DNA of 49,610 bases from Escherichia coli (GCA_036348995.1 GCA_036348995.1_4855.1), one strand, 5' to 3'. Shown: positions 30,979-44,371, counted from the stretch's first letter. Notes: a model not told the origin generated them from the sequence alone. Numbers and translations: made by a program.

Positions 30979-32847
30979 ATGAAAGTACAGCTTAGAACAT
31001 ACCAACAAGAAGCTGTTGATTCTGTTATAGGTCATATTCGTTCAAGCGTTTCATCGTGCATGATCATCTTGCCTACAGGGTCTGGAAAAAGCGTTGTTGT
31101 TGCATCAATCGCCGATTGGGTATTTAAAAATACTGGAAAGCGCGTTCTGTGTGTTGCCCCAACAAGCGAGTTAGTTGTGCAAAACAGGCAGCGTTATCTT
31201 TCTCTGACAGGAGAACCAGCCAGCATGTTCAGTGCAAAGGCTGGACCAAAGAACCTGCGTCATCCGGTGGTGTTTGGTTCACCAGTTACAATCAAGAACT
31301 CAATAGAGATGTTTGGTGACAAGTATGGTGCTGTCATTATTGATGAGTGCGATGGAATAACACCAACCATTAAATTTATTATTAATGAAATGAAGCGTCG
31401 CAATCCAAAGCTGCGTGTTATTGGAATGACTGCTACGCCTTACCGCCTTGGAACTGGATACATCTACAAAGAGCACTACCTCGATGGTCCTACAGATGAA
31501 GAAACTGCCATTGACCCATATTATGATAAGGTTGTTTATGAGCTTGAGGCTAAATTCCTCATTGAAAACGGATACCTTACGCCGCCAGTTACAGAGCCTG
31601 TTGTTGATGAATATGATACGTCTTGTCTTGAAAAGGATAAGTTGGGTCGGTACACAACATCTTCAGTTGAAAAGGCGATGGTTGGCAAAGGAAGGAAGAC
31701 ATCACGTATTGTTGAAGATATTATCCGTCGCTCTGTTAATCGGCGCGGAACGATGATTTTTGCCAGTACTAAGAAACACGCTATGGAGATAATGGAGTCA
31801 CTTCCTCCCGGTTCTTATAGTTATGTTTTTGGTGATATGCCAACAGCAGATCGCAACAAGGCAATATCAGACTTCAAGGCACAAAAAGTTAAATACATCG
31901 TTAACCAGAATATCCTTACTGTAGGGGTGGATGTTCCTCATTGTGATCATATAGCAGTCATGAGAGCCACAGAATCACCAAGGCTCTACCAGCAAATAAT
32001 TGGCAGAGGGACGCGCCTTTATGAAGGCAAGGAAGATTTTCTTGTCAGCGATTACGCAGGCAACATTCAGCGCCACTTTTCTGAGACTGGGGACTTATTC
32101 ACTCCAGAAATAAAAGCAACAAGGAAAAAACCATCCGTGCCAATGGATGTTAAATGCCCTCTTTGTGGCTTTATTAATGAATTTGGTGTGCGTCCAAATC
32201 CTGAAAATCTTGAAGTTGACAAGGAAGGTTACTGGCTTGATTTGGCTGGTGACAGGGTGATGATTGATATTTTTGATAAATCAGGTGAAAAAATTGGAAG
32301 CAAGCCTATGCCTGCTCATTTTGGGAGGAGGTGTAAAAACTACGTTATGCACGGGCCATTAAGGGAAATGCACAGGTGTACTTATAAGTGGTCGGTGAAA
32401 GAGTGTCCTGATTGTGGATTTGAAAATGATATAGCGGCAAGAAACTGCACATCATGCGGTGCTGAAATCATTGACCCAAACCAAAAGCTAAAAGAAGAAG
32501 CTGACAGGCTTGATTCTTCTCCTTATGCAACAAAGCAATCAAGCGTAACCATGATGAACATCATGAAGCATTACGTTTCAAGTGGTGAAGATTTGGTGCA
32601 CGTAAAATTTGCTATTGACCAGAAGCCATTTTTTGTTAGCAAGTTCTACAACCCAAACTCTGAGAAGGAATGGATGAAGAAGGAGTGGGAAGAGTTTTGC
32701 GGGAAGTGCTTTGGTGAATCTGACATGTCAATTGAGGATGCAATAGCAAGAAGAGATGAAGCTGTCGCGCCATCAGTGATCATGTTCAGAAGAGACAAGG
32801 GTAGTAAATATTTCAACGTTAAAGGCATGTATTGGGGGGTATTATGA
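30979..32847 (+). CDS. SF2 DNA helicase with C-terminal zinc ribbons
   Basis: LPTGSGKS, DECD, TATP, QIIGRGTR; CPLCGF and CPDCGF. Confidence 0.85.
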   Translation: MKVQLRTYQQEAVDSVIGHIRSSVSSCMIILPTGSGKSVVVASIADWVFKNTGKRVLCVAPTSELVVQNRQRYLSLTGEPASMFSAKAGPKNLRHPVVFGSPVTIKNSIEMFGDKYGAVIIDECDGITPTIKFIINEMKRRNPKLRVIGMTATPYRLGTGYIYKEHYLDGPTDEETAIDPYYDKVVYELEAKFLIENGYLTPPVTEPVVDEYDTSCLEKDKLGRYTTSSVEKAMVGKGRKTSRIVEDIIRRSVNRRGTMIFASTKKHAMEIMESLPPGSYSYVFGDMPTADRNKAISDFKAQKVKYIVNQNILTVGVDVPHCDHIAVMRATESPRLYQQIIGRGTRLYEGKEDFLVSDYAGNIQRHFSETGDLFTPEIKATRKKPSVPMDVKCPLCGFINEFGVRPNPENLEVDKEGYWLDLAGDRVMIDIFDKSGEKIGSKPMPAHFGRRCKNYVMHGPLREMHRCTYKWSVKECPDCGFENDIAARNCTSCGAEIIDPNQKLKEEADRLDSSPYATKQSSVTMMNIMKHYVSSGEDLVHVKFAIDQKPFFVSKFYNPNSEKEWMKKEWEEFCGKCFGESDMSIEDAIARRDEAVAPSVIMFRRDKGSKYFNVKGMYWGVL

Positions 32848-33299
32848 TTTTTCCAGAAGGCGTTAAGGTATATGGTGATTTAGATTACAGAAACAAAAAG
32901 TGCCCGTCAGAAGATGCTGAGCTGGAGACTTTTGTTAATCAGATAAGGAGGCTATATCCTGACTTTGCAAGAGTTATGATTCATGTACCAAATGAAGGAA
33001 AGCGTAAAGGGTATGAAGTTGAAAACCTGAAGAAAAAAGGCGCGCTAAACTTCGGGGCGTCAGACATCATCATCATAGGAAAGCAATCATTCGTTATGGA
33101 GATGAAAAGAATGGATCATACTTTATCAAAATGGCAGCCCGGTCAAATGGCATACTTAAAGGCGGCAAAAGAATTAGACTCATTCGCGTGTGTATGCCTT
33201 GGTTGGGAGGCTGCAATGATGGCATTTAATGACTGGAGAGCAATAAATTACCCAAACTATAAAAAACCATCAGAGCCATTGATATTTGATGGTTTTTAG
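32844..33299 (+). CDS. VRR-NUC domain nuclease
   Basis: PD-(D/E)xK-like GASDIIII...FVMEMKR; ends at TAG 33297-33299. Confidence 0.7.
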   Translation: MIFPEGVKVYGDLDYRNKKCPSEDAELETFVNQIRRLYPDFARVMIHVPNEGKRKGYEVENLKKKGALNFGASDIIIIGKQSFVMEMKRMDHTLSKWQPGQMAYLKAAKELDSFACVCLGWEAAMMAFNDWRAINYPNYKKPSEPLIFDGF

Positions 33300-33416
33300 C
33301 AACCACGCCAGCAATCAGGGCAACAATCGCAACGGCAACAGCAGCCACAAAAACAACAAAGCCAACAAGGAGGAAATGAGCCTCCGATGGATTTCGATGA
33401 CGACATTCCGTTCTAA
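33300..33416 (+). other. in-frame post-amber extension encoding Q-rich linker plus E. coli-type SSB tip (MDFDDDIPF)
   Basis: same frame as VRR-NUC; AAGGAGG at 33367-33373 and ATG at 33387; stop TAA 33414-33416. Confidence 0.5.
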
Positions 33417-33425
33417 TGATAAAAA

Positions 33426-33465
33426 TAACCCCGCTTCGGCGGGGTTATTGTTAAATGGTTTTTAT
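33426..33465. terminator. bidirectional intrinsic terminator
   Basis: hairpin TAACCCCGC-TTCG-GCGGGGTTA with T-runs on both sides. Confidence 0.7.
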
Positions 33466-35736
33466 TTGCCACCGTCGATCATAGTAATGGGCGAATCCGC
33501 TATACGTCAAAGTCATGTGAACAATAGCCATTGATATTGATGCTGACGGGCAGCTGACACGGATGAATGTTTGTCCGCCAGTAACTAACTTCTGCACATT
33601 AAACCCTGACAGGCTTTTATCCCCCGCGTCAATGTTACTCCATAAAGCCCCCGATGCTACGTTGGCCTGACTGCTCCCGGATATGCTAAACATTACGCGA
33701 CCCCCGGCCTCTTTACCACTAAGCCCATTTTTGTTTACTGGAATTATTGACATTTCCCCTGCGAGGAAACACGCACCATACCTTGATTCTTCGCCGACCG
33801 TGGTTAGCAGGATGTCTACAGCTCGGTTCCACGGCAGTATGAACGTTGCCGTCTCTGTTTTTACTTCGTTAAAGTAGGCGCCCGCCGTCACATTTATTGA
33901 TGAAAGAGTTACGCCGTCGTAGGAATTGCGTCCTTCTAATGGTGCGTGACCATACACCCTATTACCTGACTTAATACTCCGAACTCTGGTGTCAGATGAT
34001 CTTGAATTGTTCGTAACTTTAACGAATCTAAAATTATCTCCTAAAACCAGAGAGTTACCGTAAGACTCCACGTTTCCTGACGTATTTTTGTTTATTAAGT
34101 TAATATGATAATCCGCCTTAACGTAGCCGGAGTCCAGCATAATACTGCCACTCGGCATTCTTGCCTCGCTTGATGGCATTTCAATGAAATGGGTGACACC
34201 AGTATTCATTGAACTTTGAATCCAACATGACAATCCTTTAATGGTGAACTTAAACTGGTCATCTGTTTCGGCATAATCAGAGAAATCAATACCCACAGTG
34301 CCGTTTATGCCCTCGATACCCATGCCGTCTATGGTTACGGACCGCAACTGCCCGCCTACACGATGTGGTCGTATACAACCATCAGCGGCGATATTTGACG
34401 CAGTTACGTACATAACAGGGTATCCACCGGCTACAGGCTCGTATGTACTTCTGTCTATGGAATAACCCCACAGAAAGCCATCGTCACAGTGGTGCGCCCA
34501 TATAGAATTAATGTTGGTGCTGGTATTTCCGCTAAGAGCAAGTCCGTACTTGCAATCGTACATATAGATGTTTTCTATTGTACTGACGAAAGTAAGAGAC
34601 GGTAGCGCGAATTTATAATGATAGAACTCAACATTACGAATCGTGTACAGTTTACCTCCACCACCGGATAATGTGGACCCACTTATCATTAACGGGCATC
34701 CAACATAATCTGCGTCAGCATTTCTGAAAGCAATGTTTTCAACAGAAAGGTTATGCCCCCACGAGGTACTTACGAATCCACCAGTTGTCGATGTGTATAT
34801 AATGCTTTTACGGGGAGAGTCGCCAATAAGGTTAAGCATTACACCATCCCATCTGTACGCACTAATGTCAATCTGTGTGCTGCCGATATAGATGGGCTGT
34901 TCAATTAATAAAGGAATATTGTGCGCAATACTTGCGGTATACGCGGCCAGCATCGCGGCCCCGTCGTCATGGGTGGTGGAAAGATTAGCGGCTCCCATGC
35001 TTGGTGCTTTAGGGTACGGAGTTCCCTGAATGGTGTTGCCGTCGATATATGGGGCATCCATCCACGCACCAAACATCTTAGGGGTAATTCCGCGAACTTC
35101 TGACAAGTCTCTCTTCCAGCGTTTACCTCCACTAGTAACTATAACAACGCCGTTGTCATCATTGGTGGCAGAGTCTGTTAAGTCCGCATAAAACCACCCG
35201 CCACCAGAATCACCAGACTCATTTGGTGCAATTGATGTTGTATGTTTTTCTACAAAAATGCGCTGTCCATCAATATCAGGTTCAATAGTTCTTAATGTTG
35301 ATATATCAACGCATTTGCCGATTAACTTAAATCCATCGTTTTTATTTAATTGACTCCTTAATGAAGCATCGCCAACACTAACCCACGCGCCAAGACCAAT
35401 ACCTCCAGAAGTTTCTGGAGTTGAGCCAGCAGTTACTGTTTTAGGGAATTCACCATCCCAGCGATAGTATTCACCAGTTTCCTTATAACGAAGCACCTGA
35501 TTTGGAAGTGCCAATGAAGCGCCATCTTCAAAGCTGTCCATCGTGATATAGCCATAATTACGGATAGCTTCTTCTGCGGTGTACTGAAATCCAGCAATTG
35601 TCCAGCGGCGAACACCGAAGCGATCGGTGTAGTAATGCGCATCAGATGTCACTACCTCGTCGATTTTCCCTGCATTGAATTTCAGGTCACGAGGATCTTC
35701 TGACGGAATTGGTTTATTGGTTGGTGTGGTAGCCAT
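33451..35736 (-). CDS. tail fiber / tailspike (receptor-binding, possible beta-helix depolymerase)
   Basis: 761 aa, last gene of tail operon, Gly/Asn-rich repeats. Confidence 0.6.
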   Translation of the reverse strand: MATTPTNKPIPSEDPRDLKFNAGKIDEVVTSDAHYYTDRFGVRRWTIAGFQYTAEEAIRNYGYITMDSFEDGASLALPNQVLRYKETGEYYRWDGEFPKTVTAGSTPETSGGIGLGAWVSVGDASLRSQLNKNDGFKLIGKCVDISTLRTIEPDIDGQRIFVEKHTTSIAPNESGDSGGGWFYADLTDSATNDDNGVVIVTSGGKRWKRDLSEVRGITPKMFGAWMDAPYIDGNTIQGTPYPKAPSMGAANLSTTHDDGAAMLAAYTASIAHNIPLLIEQPIYIGSTQIDISAYRWDGVMLNLIGDSPRKSIIYTSTTGGFVSTSWGHNLSVENIAFRNADADYVGCPLMISGSTLSGGGGKLYTIRNVEFYHYKFALPSLTFVSTIENIYMYDCKYGLALSGNTSTNINSIWAHHCDDGFLWGYSIDRSTYEPVAGGYPVMYVTASNIAADGCIRPHRVGGQLRSVTIDGMGIEGINGTVGIDFSDYAETDDQFKFTIKGLSCWIQSSMNTGVTHFIEMPSSEARMPSGSIMLDSGYVKADYHINLINKNTSGNVESYGNSLVLGDNFRFVKVTNNSRSSDTRVRSIKSGNRVYGHAPLEGRNSYDGVTLSSINVTAGAYFNEVKTETATFILPWNRAVDILLTTVGEESRYGACFLAGEMSIIPVNKNGLSGKEAGGRVMFSISGSSQANVASGALWSNIDAGDKSLSGFNVQKLVTGGQTFIRVSCPSASISMAIVHMTLTYSGFAHYYDRRWQIKTI

Positions 35737-35775
35737 TATAATAAATGCTCCTTTGTGAATTTGATGTATATTGTA

Positions 35776-39116
<3,341 letters not shown>

Positions 39117-39122
39117 TTACTG

Positions 39123-40505
39123 TCAGACGTTGAATTTTATTGTTGTGATGTATTTGCTGCCCCACGCAGAATCTGCTTGGGGGATGGTAGCGTAATCTCC
39201 AACCGCCTGAACGTTTACCACGGATCCGTCTGAATAGGTAATGTCGATGCTTGTTGCGCCATTCATTGCTACTTTTGCGGATGAAGCCTGACGTGTAACT
39301 GGCGCTGCGTCGGTTACTATTGGTGATGTTGCGAACGCAGCTTTTTCTATTTGCATTGCACACGCAAGAACACCGCTGACACCATCCCCGGGAAAAGAGG
39401 GGGCTTGCGAATTATCGTACACCCAGGCTGCTAAAAGTAGAGAAGATGCGCCGCCGGTTTTGACCGCGACTGTTTCTGTAAATCTGTACCATCCGTTCCC
39501 GCAAGAAACGATGGTACTTTGTGCCGCGCCCCCAGAAATGGTTCCGTCGGCTAAATTTGCCCTACAATCGGAAATAAACCCCGCGTCATCGGCGGCCCGT
39601 AGGCGTGCATAATTATAGCCATTCGCCTTAGCCAAGTAACTAAGCGTGTATGTATCTCCCTCCGCAAAAGCGGAAGACACTGATTGCTGTACGATATGGT
39701 TGCCATTGGTGAGTGTTGGGGTTAAAGAAAATGCGCCGCCGTTAATAATCGAGTCGGCGATGCTAGCTACCGTTGTGCTAGCTACCGTTGTGCTAGTTTT
39801 ACTCCAGGATGAGTCAGATAATTGAGATGATTTAACTAGAATATTAGACGATGCCACCTCTGGTGGCACACGCCCAACAGCAACACCATCAATAAACGTA
39901 AGAGGCCATTCATTGGCTGCGGATTGTACAAGATTGCCGTTTCTGTTGATGTAGTAAACCTGTGGTCCATCATACACAATGCGGCTATCAAGCGTGGATG
40001 ACAGCATGTTAATTGGCATATGCAATATAGGTGTCATATAGACTTGCGGAAGTTCACGGTTAACAACTTCATCCAGCCAGCTATACCATCTGTAATCCAG
40101 TTCAACCAGAATATCATCGAACTCGTCCATCGTGTTGTTGAGTTTCTTAGCGATAACATTTCCAGTCCACGTAACCACTCCACCATCAATACTGGTCTGC
40201 ACCGGATAATCGGTAAAGTGCAGCGTCTGCTCCTGCAATCCGCTGCCGCCGAGGTCAATCATCATGGTGAACCAGTTGTTTGCCTTGTTGAGGTAGCTAG
40301 GACTACGCAACCACTGGATAAATGCACGCTCCTCCGCCAGCGTGAAAACCCACGTCAGACTCCATGTCGCCGCAATATCAGTTGTCAGCTTCTGAAAAAT
40401 TGGTGCTCCGACCGCAGGCTGGTCACTGCGGAACGGGGTTTGCTGTGTCATGTTTTTACTGGCACGCTGTGCGAGTGGCAGCCAGTCAGGGTATTTGACT
40501 ATCAT
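39123..40505 (-). CDS. minor tail protein with C-terminal extension
   Basis: 460 aa directly downstream of tape measure. Confidence 0.5.
   Translation of the reverse strand: MIVKYPDWLPLAQRASKNMTQQTPFRSDQPAVGAPIFQKLTTDIAATWSLTWVFTLAEERAFIQWLRSPSYLNKANNWFTMMIDLGGSGLQEQTLHFTDYPVQTSIDGGVVTWTGNVIAKKLNNTMDEFDDILVELDYRWYSWLDEVVNRELPQVYMTPILHMPINMLSSTLDSRIVYDGPQVYYINRNGNLVQSAANEWPLTFIDGVAVGRVPPEVASSNILVKSSQLSDSSWSKTSTTVASTTVASIADSIINGGAFSLTPTLTNGNHIVQQSVSSAFAEGDTYTLSYLAKANGYNYARLRAADDAGFISDCRANLADGTISGGAAQSTIVSCGNGWYRFTETVAVKTGGASSLLLAAWVYDNSQAPSFPGDGVSGVLACAMQIEKAAFATSPIVTDAAPVTRQASSAKVAMNGATSIDITYSDGSVVNVQAVGDYATIPQADSAWGSKYITTIKFNV
39771..39806. repeat. tandem 15-bp repeat (2.4 copies) inside minor tail gene
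   Basis: TGCTAGCTACCGTTG x2 plus TGCTAG; encodes repeated TTVAS. Confidence 0.8.
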
Positions 40506-40618
40506 GTGGAATCCTCTTTGCTTTGTTGATGTATTTTAGCACGGCGCAAGTTTCACCACTCCATCATGAGCTGGTTTAAAATGCATCCGTTCCATGATGT
40601 TTTGCCATCTAAAATAGA

Positions 40619-40648
40619 TTGCAAAAATTCTACATTTGAATGTAGGAT
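40619..40648 (+). promoter_or_regulatory. promoter with palindromic operator CTACATT-TG-AATGTAG
   Basis: inverted repeat at 40630..40645 between TTGCAA and TAGGAT. Confidence 0.45.
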
Positions 40649-40679
40649 TTAATTGTCACATTAAACAGGAGAAATAATC

Positions 40680-41250
40680 ATGAAACTGCAAACATTAGAG
40701 TTCCCGTACGGAGAGATCACTTTCGACCGTGAAAATTTTATTAACGTTAATGAGCTTGTTAACCAGATGAACCGCTGGAGACTGGATAATGGGATGGGGA
40801 CAAGAGAAATACGACAGGTAATGGCAACTGATGCATTTAAGGTCTTGCTTGCATCTGGCTGTATATATAGCAGAGCAATACAGCACATATTTCCATTTCC
40901 TTGTCATCGACCGATTCATTACGCAGAGACAGGTTGAGTTGCGAAATATTGGTGCGGTAAGTTTCGTGGAACTTAATGCTGCCGTCAGCAGAATGCTTGA
41001 ACGCACTGAGGGTAGAATTGGTCATAGTGGGCATTTCATTCAGGTGGCAAAGTCAGTCAAGGAGTCGATAGATATCCGTGAAGTTACTGGGTTTGACACA
41101 TGGGACTCTCAGGATGCAAAAACTAACCAGTTACGCAGTGATATCCAGAAGTCTCTTGTCACACTTCTGGATATGGAAGCGGTCAACTCATGGGATGAAC
41201 TGAAAGAAACGATACCGAGGGTCGTACGTAAATGCGCTGATAAGATTTAA
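40680..41250 (+). pseudogene. plus-strand moron gene split across two frames at a TATATATA run
   Basis: frame A 40680..40937 and frame B 40831..41250 overlap by 107 nt; junction near 40872-40880. Confidence 0.3.
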
Positions 41251-41254
41251 AGTA

Positions 41255-41280
41255 AAGCCCCGTGAGGGGCTTCTTTTTAC
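41255..41280. terminator. bidirectional intrinsic terminator
   Basis: hairpin AAGCCCC-GTGA-GGGGCTT plus T-run. Confidence 0.7.
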
Positions 41281-43655
41281 TCTGTTGCTCTCCTGTTGGT
41301 ATTAAAGTTCCTTGAGATGGATTGACTCATTGGGCCGCCTTCATTCATATCGGATATAAATGTCTCAATAGTTATCGAGCCATCACCGTTATCAGTGGCT
41401 CTGCTTGTTGCGCTGGCATTGCTTGAATTATTGTAAACATTATTATAAACCACAACTCCGCCACCTCCACCGGAAATATCCTTATTGCTGATAACCTTTC
41501 CTGAGTTACCAGGTATCATGTATTGCCTGCCAGTGCTCGCCTGGAATATTTCTGGTGCGTTTCCCTCGCCAACTTCGTACATGCTTCCGGCGCTAACAGG
41601 ACCGCCATTCTTGCGCTTGCCAGCAATCCCCATCGCCAGCGCCCCAAGGACAGCACCTACACCAATTGCAGCCGCCCCTCCGAATGAACCGATTGATGCT
41701 ACGATTGCCGCTGGAGTCCATGCTGCAGTAGTGGTTGCTGCCGCCGCAGTGGATGCTGCTGTTGTGGTTGCCAGCCCTGCTGTTTGCGCCGCTGTGGTTG
41801 TCGCTGTGGCTGCAACCTGAGCAGTCTGCCCCATGACCGCAGATTTAACCCACTGCACGCCCATTTCAACAAAGCTGTTTACCAGAGAATTCAGCACCGT
41901 AGAGCCGAGGCTGCGCATGGCATCCTGAACGCTCATTGTTCCGGTAAGCAATCCGGTAATGCTGTTTGACGCTGTGCTCATCGCTGAATCAAGAGCAGTG
42001 CCGAACAGTTGCGCCCCGAGGCTTTGCTGCTGCCATTCAGCCCACATAGCATCCATTCGCTGCTGGCGATATTGTGCCTCAATTGCTGCGCGAGTCCGCT
42101 CAATCTCCGTGATTTTCTGCGGATATGCTGCGGCGTAGGCGTCAAGGTCAGCCATGCGTTGCTGATATTCACTATCAATGCCAGTAGTTGGCGACGCAAT
42201 GGCGCGCAATCCCTGATATGATTTTTCTACGCGCTGCTTTTCTTTCTCCGCAGCTGCCTGTTCCTTCAGTGCATTCTTCTGGTCCCAAATCTTAGCCGCG
42301 TACTCACCAGCCAGTTTTATTTGCTCCTGAGTGGCAGCCTTGCCAAGCGATTGTTGCGCGTTGAGAATTGCTTGTTCTCGGGATAGTTCGCTGGTAGATG
42401 TGGCATTGAGCATGGTTTGCTGGCGTAATTTTTCCAGCTTTTCAGCTACTGACTCAGCTTGCCGTTCTTCGGCGCTTTTTCCCTTTCCTTTTCCTTTTTT
42501 GTCTTTTGTTGGCGCTTTAGGCACTGTCAAATGCGCCTGAGCTTTTGCTGCTTCTCCTGTTGACTTAGTTACGGCATCCATATCTGAGACCAAAGTTGCA
42601 GCCTGATTTGCCACCGCCGCTATTGCCTGATTTTGTGCCGCCCATCCGTCAATGCCAACCCATGACCAAGTTCTAGCCCTGCGACTGAACATTTCGGCTG
42701 TTGACGTCAAATCAGAAATAACCTCTGCTGCACTTACAGTTTGACCAGTAAGTCTGTTTATTGCTGAAGTGATAGAATCAATAACAGAAACAAAAGTGGA
42801 GCTGGCTCCGGTTGCATCGTTTATGCTTGCTATCATTTTTGCAAATGATGTTTCAAGACTGCCAGTAGCCTGAGATATAGAGCGCGGTAGTTTTGCGAAC
42901 TCAGCATTGACGACGCTTGTTCTGTCCTGAATAGCGTTCAGCGCATCTTCTGCCGTCAGTTTTCCGTCGAGCATTCTGGCACGAAGTTCACCCATTGAAA
43001 TGCCAAGTCCAGCGGCTATCTGGCGTGCAAGTTCAGGCATCTGTTCAAGGATGGAGTTGAATTCTTCGGCGCGGATTGTGCCAGATGCTATTGATTGACC
43101 GAACTGACGTAATGCGTTCGCCATTTCTTCGGTTGATGACCCACCGATTCGACCTATTTTTTGCAGGGTATCTGTAAGGTTAAGAACCTGCGCATTTGTA
43201 GCGCCAGCCTCTTTCAGTGATGACGTCAATGTTTCCCACAGCTTCGTGGTATCACTCAGGCTTGCGCCAGTGGTTGAGGCGATATTTGTCAGCGAATTGA
43301 AGGTTTCCTTCGCGGTCTCAGCATCTCCTGTTAACCTTTTTATCCTTGCCTGTAGCTGCGTCATGTTATCAGCTATATCAAGGAAAGCCTTACCCCATCC
43401 AATGATTAATGACACTGAGATTGCGCCAGCAAGCATCGACATGCTGGTTTTAAGCCCTGAAGCTGCGCTGCCAGCATTCTTCATTCCGCTGCCAGCATTT
43501 CTGGCATTTTTATCCAGTTTACCAAGCGCACTTGTGGTTTTGTTGGTTGATGATTCAAGGTCATCCAAAGTCTTATTGGCTGTTGTCGCGCCAGCTTTCA
43601 GACCTTTAACATCCATCCCGACTTCATAGACAATTCCGCCGACTTCTTCAGCCAT
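41277..43655 (-). CDS. tail tape measure protein
   Basis: 792 aa, Ala/Gly/Gln-rich helical repeats, between chaperone-like and minor tail genes. Confidence 0.85.
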   Translation of the reverse strand: MAEEVGGIVYEVGMDVKGLKAGATTANKTLDDLESSTNKTTSALGKLDKNARNAGSGMKNAGSAASGLKTSMSMLAGAISVSLIIGWGKAFLDIADNMTQLQARIKRLTGDAETAKETFNSLTNIASTTGASLSDTTKLWETLTSSLKEAGATNAQVLNLTDTLQKIGRIGGSSTEEMANALRQFGQSIASGTIRAEEFNSILEQMPELARQIAAGLGISMGELRARMLDGKLTAEDALNAIQDRTSVVNAEFAKLPRSISQATGSLETSFAKMIASINDATGASSTFVSVIDSITSAINRLTGQTVSAAEVISDLTSTAEMFSRRARTWSWVGIDGWAAQNQAIAAVANQAATLVSDMDAVTKSTGEAAKAQAHLTVPKAPTKDKKGKGKGKSAEERQAESVAEKLEKLRQQTMLNATSTSELSREQAILNAQQSLGKAATQEQIKLAGEYAAKIWDQKNALKEQAAAEKEKQRVEKSYQGLRAIASPTTGIDSEYQQRMADLDAYAAAYPQKITEIERTRAAIEAQYRQQRMDAMWAEWQQQSLGAQLFGTALDSAMSTASNSITGLLTGTMSVQDAMRSLGSTVLNSLVNSFVEMGVQWVKSAVMGQTAQVAATATTTAAQTAGLATTTAASTAAAATTTAAWTPAAIVASIGSFGGAAAIGVGAVLGALAMGIAGKRKNGGPVSAGSMYEVGEGNAPEIFQASTGRQYMIPGNSGKVISNKDISGGGGGVVVYNNVYNNSSNASATSRATDNGDGSITIETFISDMNEGGPMSQSISRNFNTNRRATE

Positions 43656-44371
43656 TATGTATTCCTCGCTTTTTTCGCTTTGCGTTCAGCCAGTGCCTTC
43701 ATGCGCTCGCGGTCTGCTTTAGCCTGATCGTACTCTGCCGCACGTTCTTCTTTCGTTAACCCTTTCGGCTCTGGATATTTATTCTTAATCATCATCTGAA
43801 ACTCTGTCATGGACAGGTTTTCAGCCTCATCGCGCGTCATGTCGAAATGCGTGCGTGCTGAGATGATGTATTGCGACGCATGAAACTCGTTTGTGGTTTT
43901 CTTACCTTGCCCTTCCAGACGCTCAGGCACTTTGAGTGGGGATTTGCCAATGATGCCGTGCTGCATCAGGTTGCGTGCAATAATAATAATGTCACTCACT
44001 GGCATGATGCCTGGAACATATCGCACGCCGCGCGGTGTTGGCTTCCATCCGCCAATCAGCACAGAAACATCATCTTCACAGCATGACTGCATGACGATAT
44101 AGGCTGCACTCAGCACATGGCGACCATACACAGGCTTACTGATAGTCTTCATGACCTGCATCTGCGCACCAAATGGCAGGCATTCTACGTGCTGTAATGG
44201 CGCGACATAATCAATGCCATTGAGTCTGGCGTATATCTCGACGATTTCTTTTGGTGTGCCGATTTCATTCATGGCGCGGAATGATGGCTTGAAGAAAAAA
44301 CTCCTGTCAGAAAGCGAGATGCGCATCTCCCCGATTTCTGTTAGTGGCGTGCGATTGCTCATGTTTTGCAT
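43655..44371 (-). CDS. tail assembly chaperone (putative)
   Basis: position immediately upstream of tape measure. Confidence 0.35.
   Translation of the reverse strand: MQNMSNRTPLTEIGEMRISLSDRSFFFKPSFRAMNEIGTPKEIVEIYARLNGIDYVAPLQHVECLPFGAQMQVMKTISKPVYGRHVLSAAYIVMQSCCEDDVSVLIGGWKPTPRGVRYVPGIMPVSDIIIIARNLMQHGIIGKSPLKVPERLEGQGKKTTNEFHASQYIISARTHFDMTRDEAENLSMTEFQMMIKNKYPEPKGLTKEERAAEYDQAKADRERMKALAERKAKKARNT

Noticed and set aside
39771-39806. CRISPR-like repeat
   Set aside because: Only 2.4 perfect tandem copies of 15 bp with no spacers, and it lies inside a coding sequence; it is a simple tandem duplication.
41485-41820. 111-aa plus-strand ORF inside the tape measure gene
   Set aside because: Ala/Val-rich translation is the antisense echo of the Ala/Gly-rich tape measure repeats.
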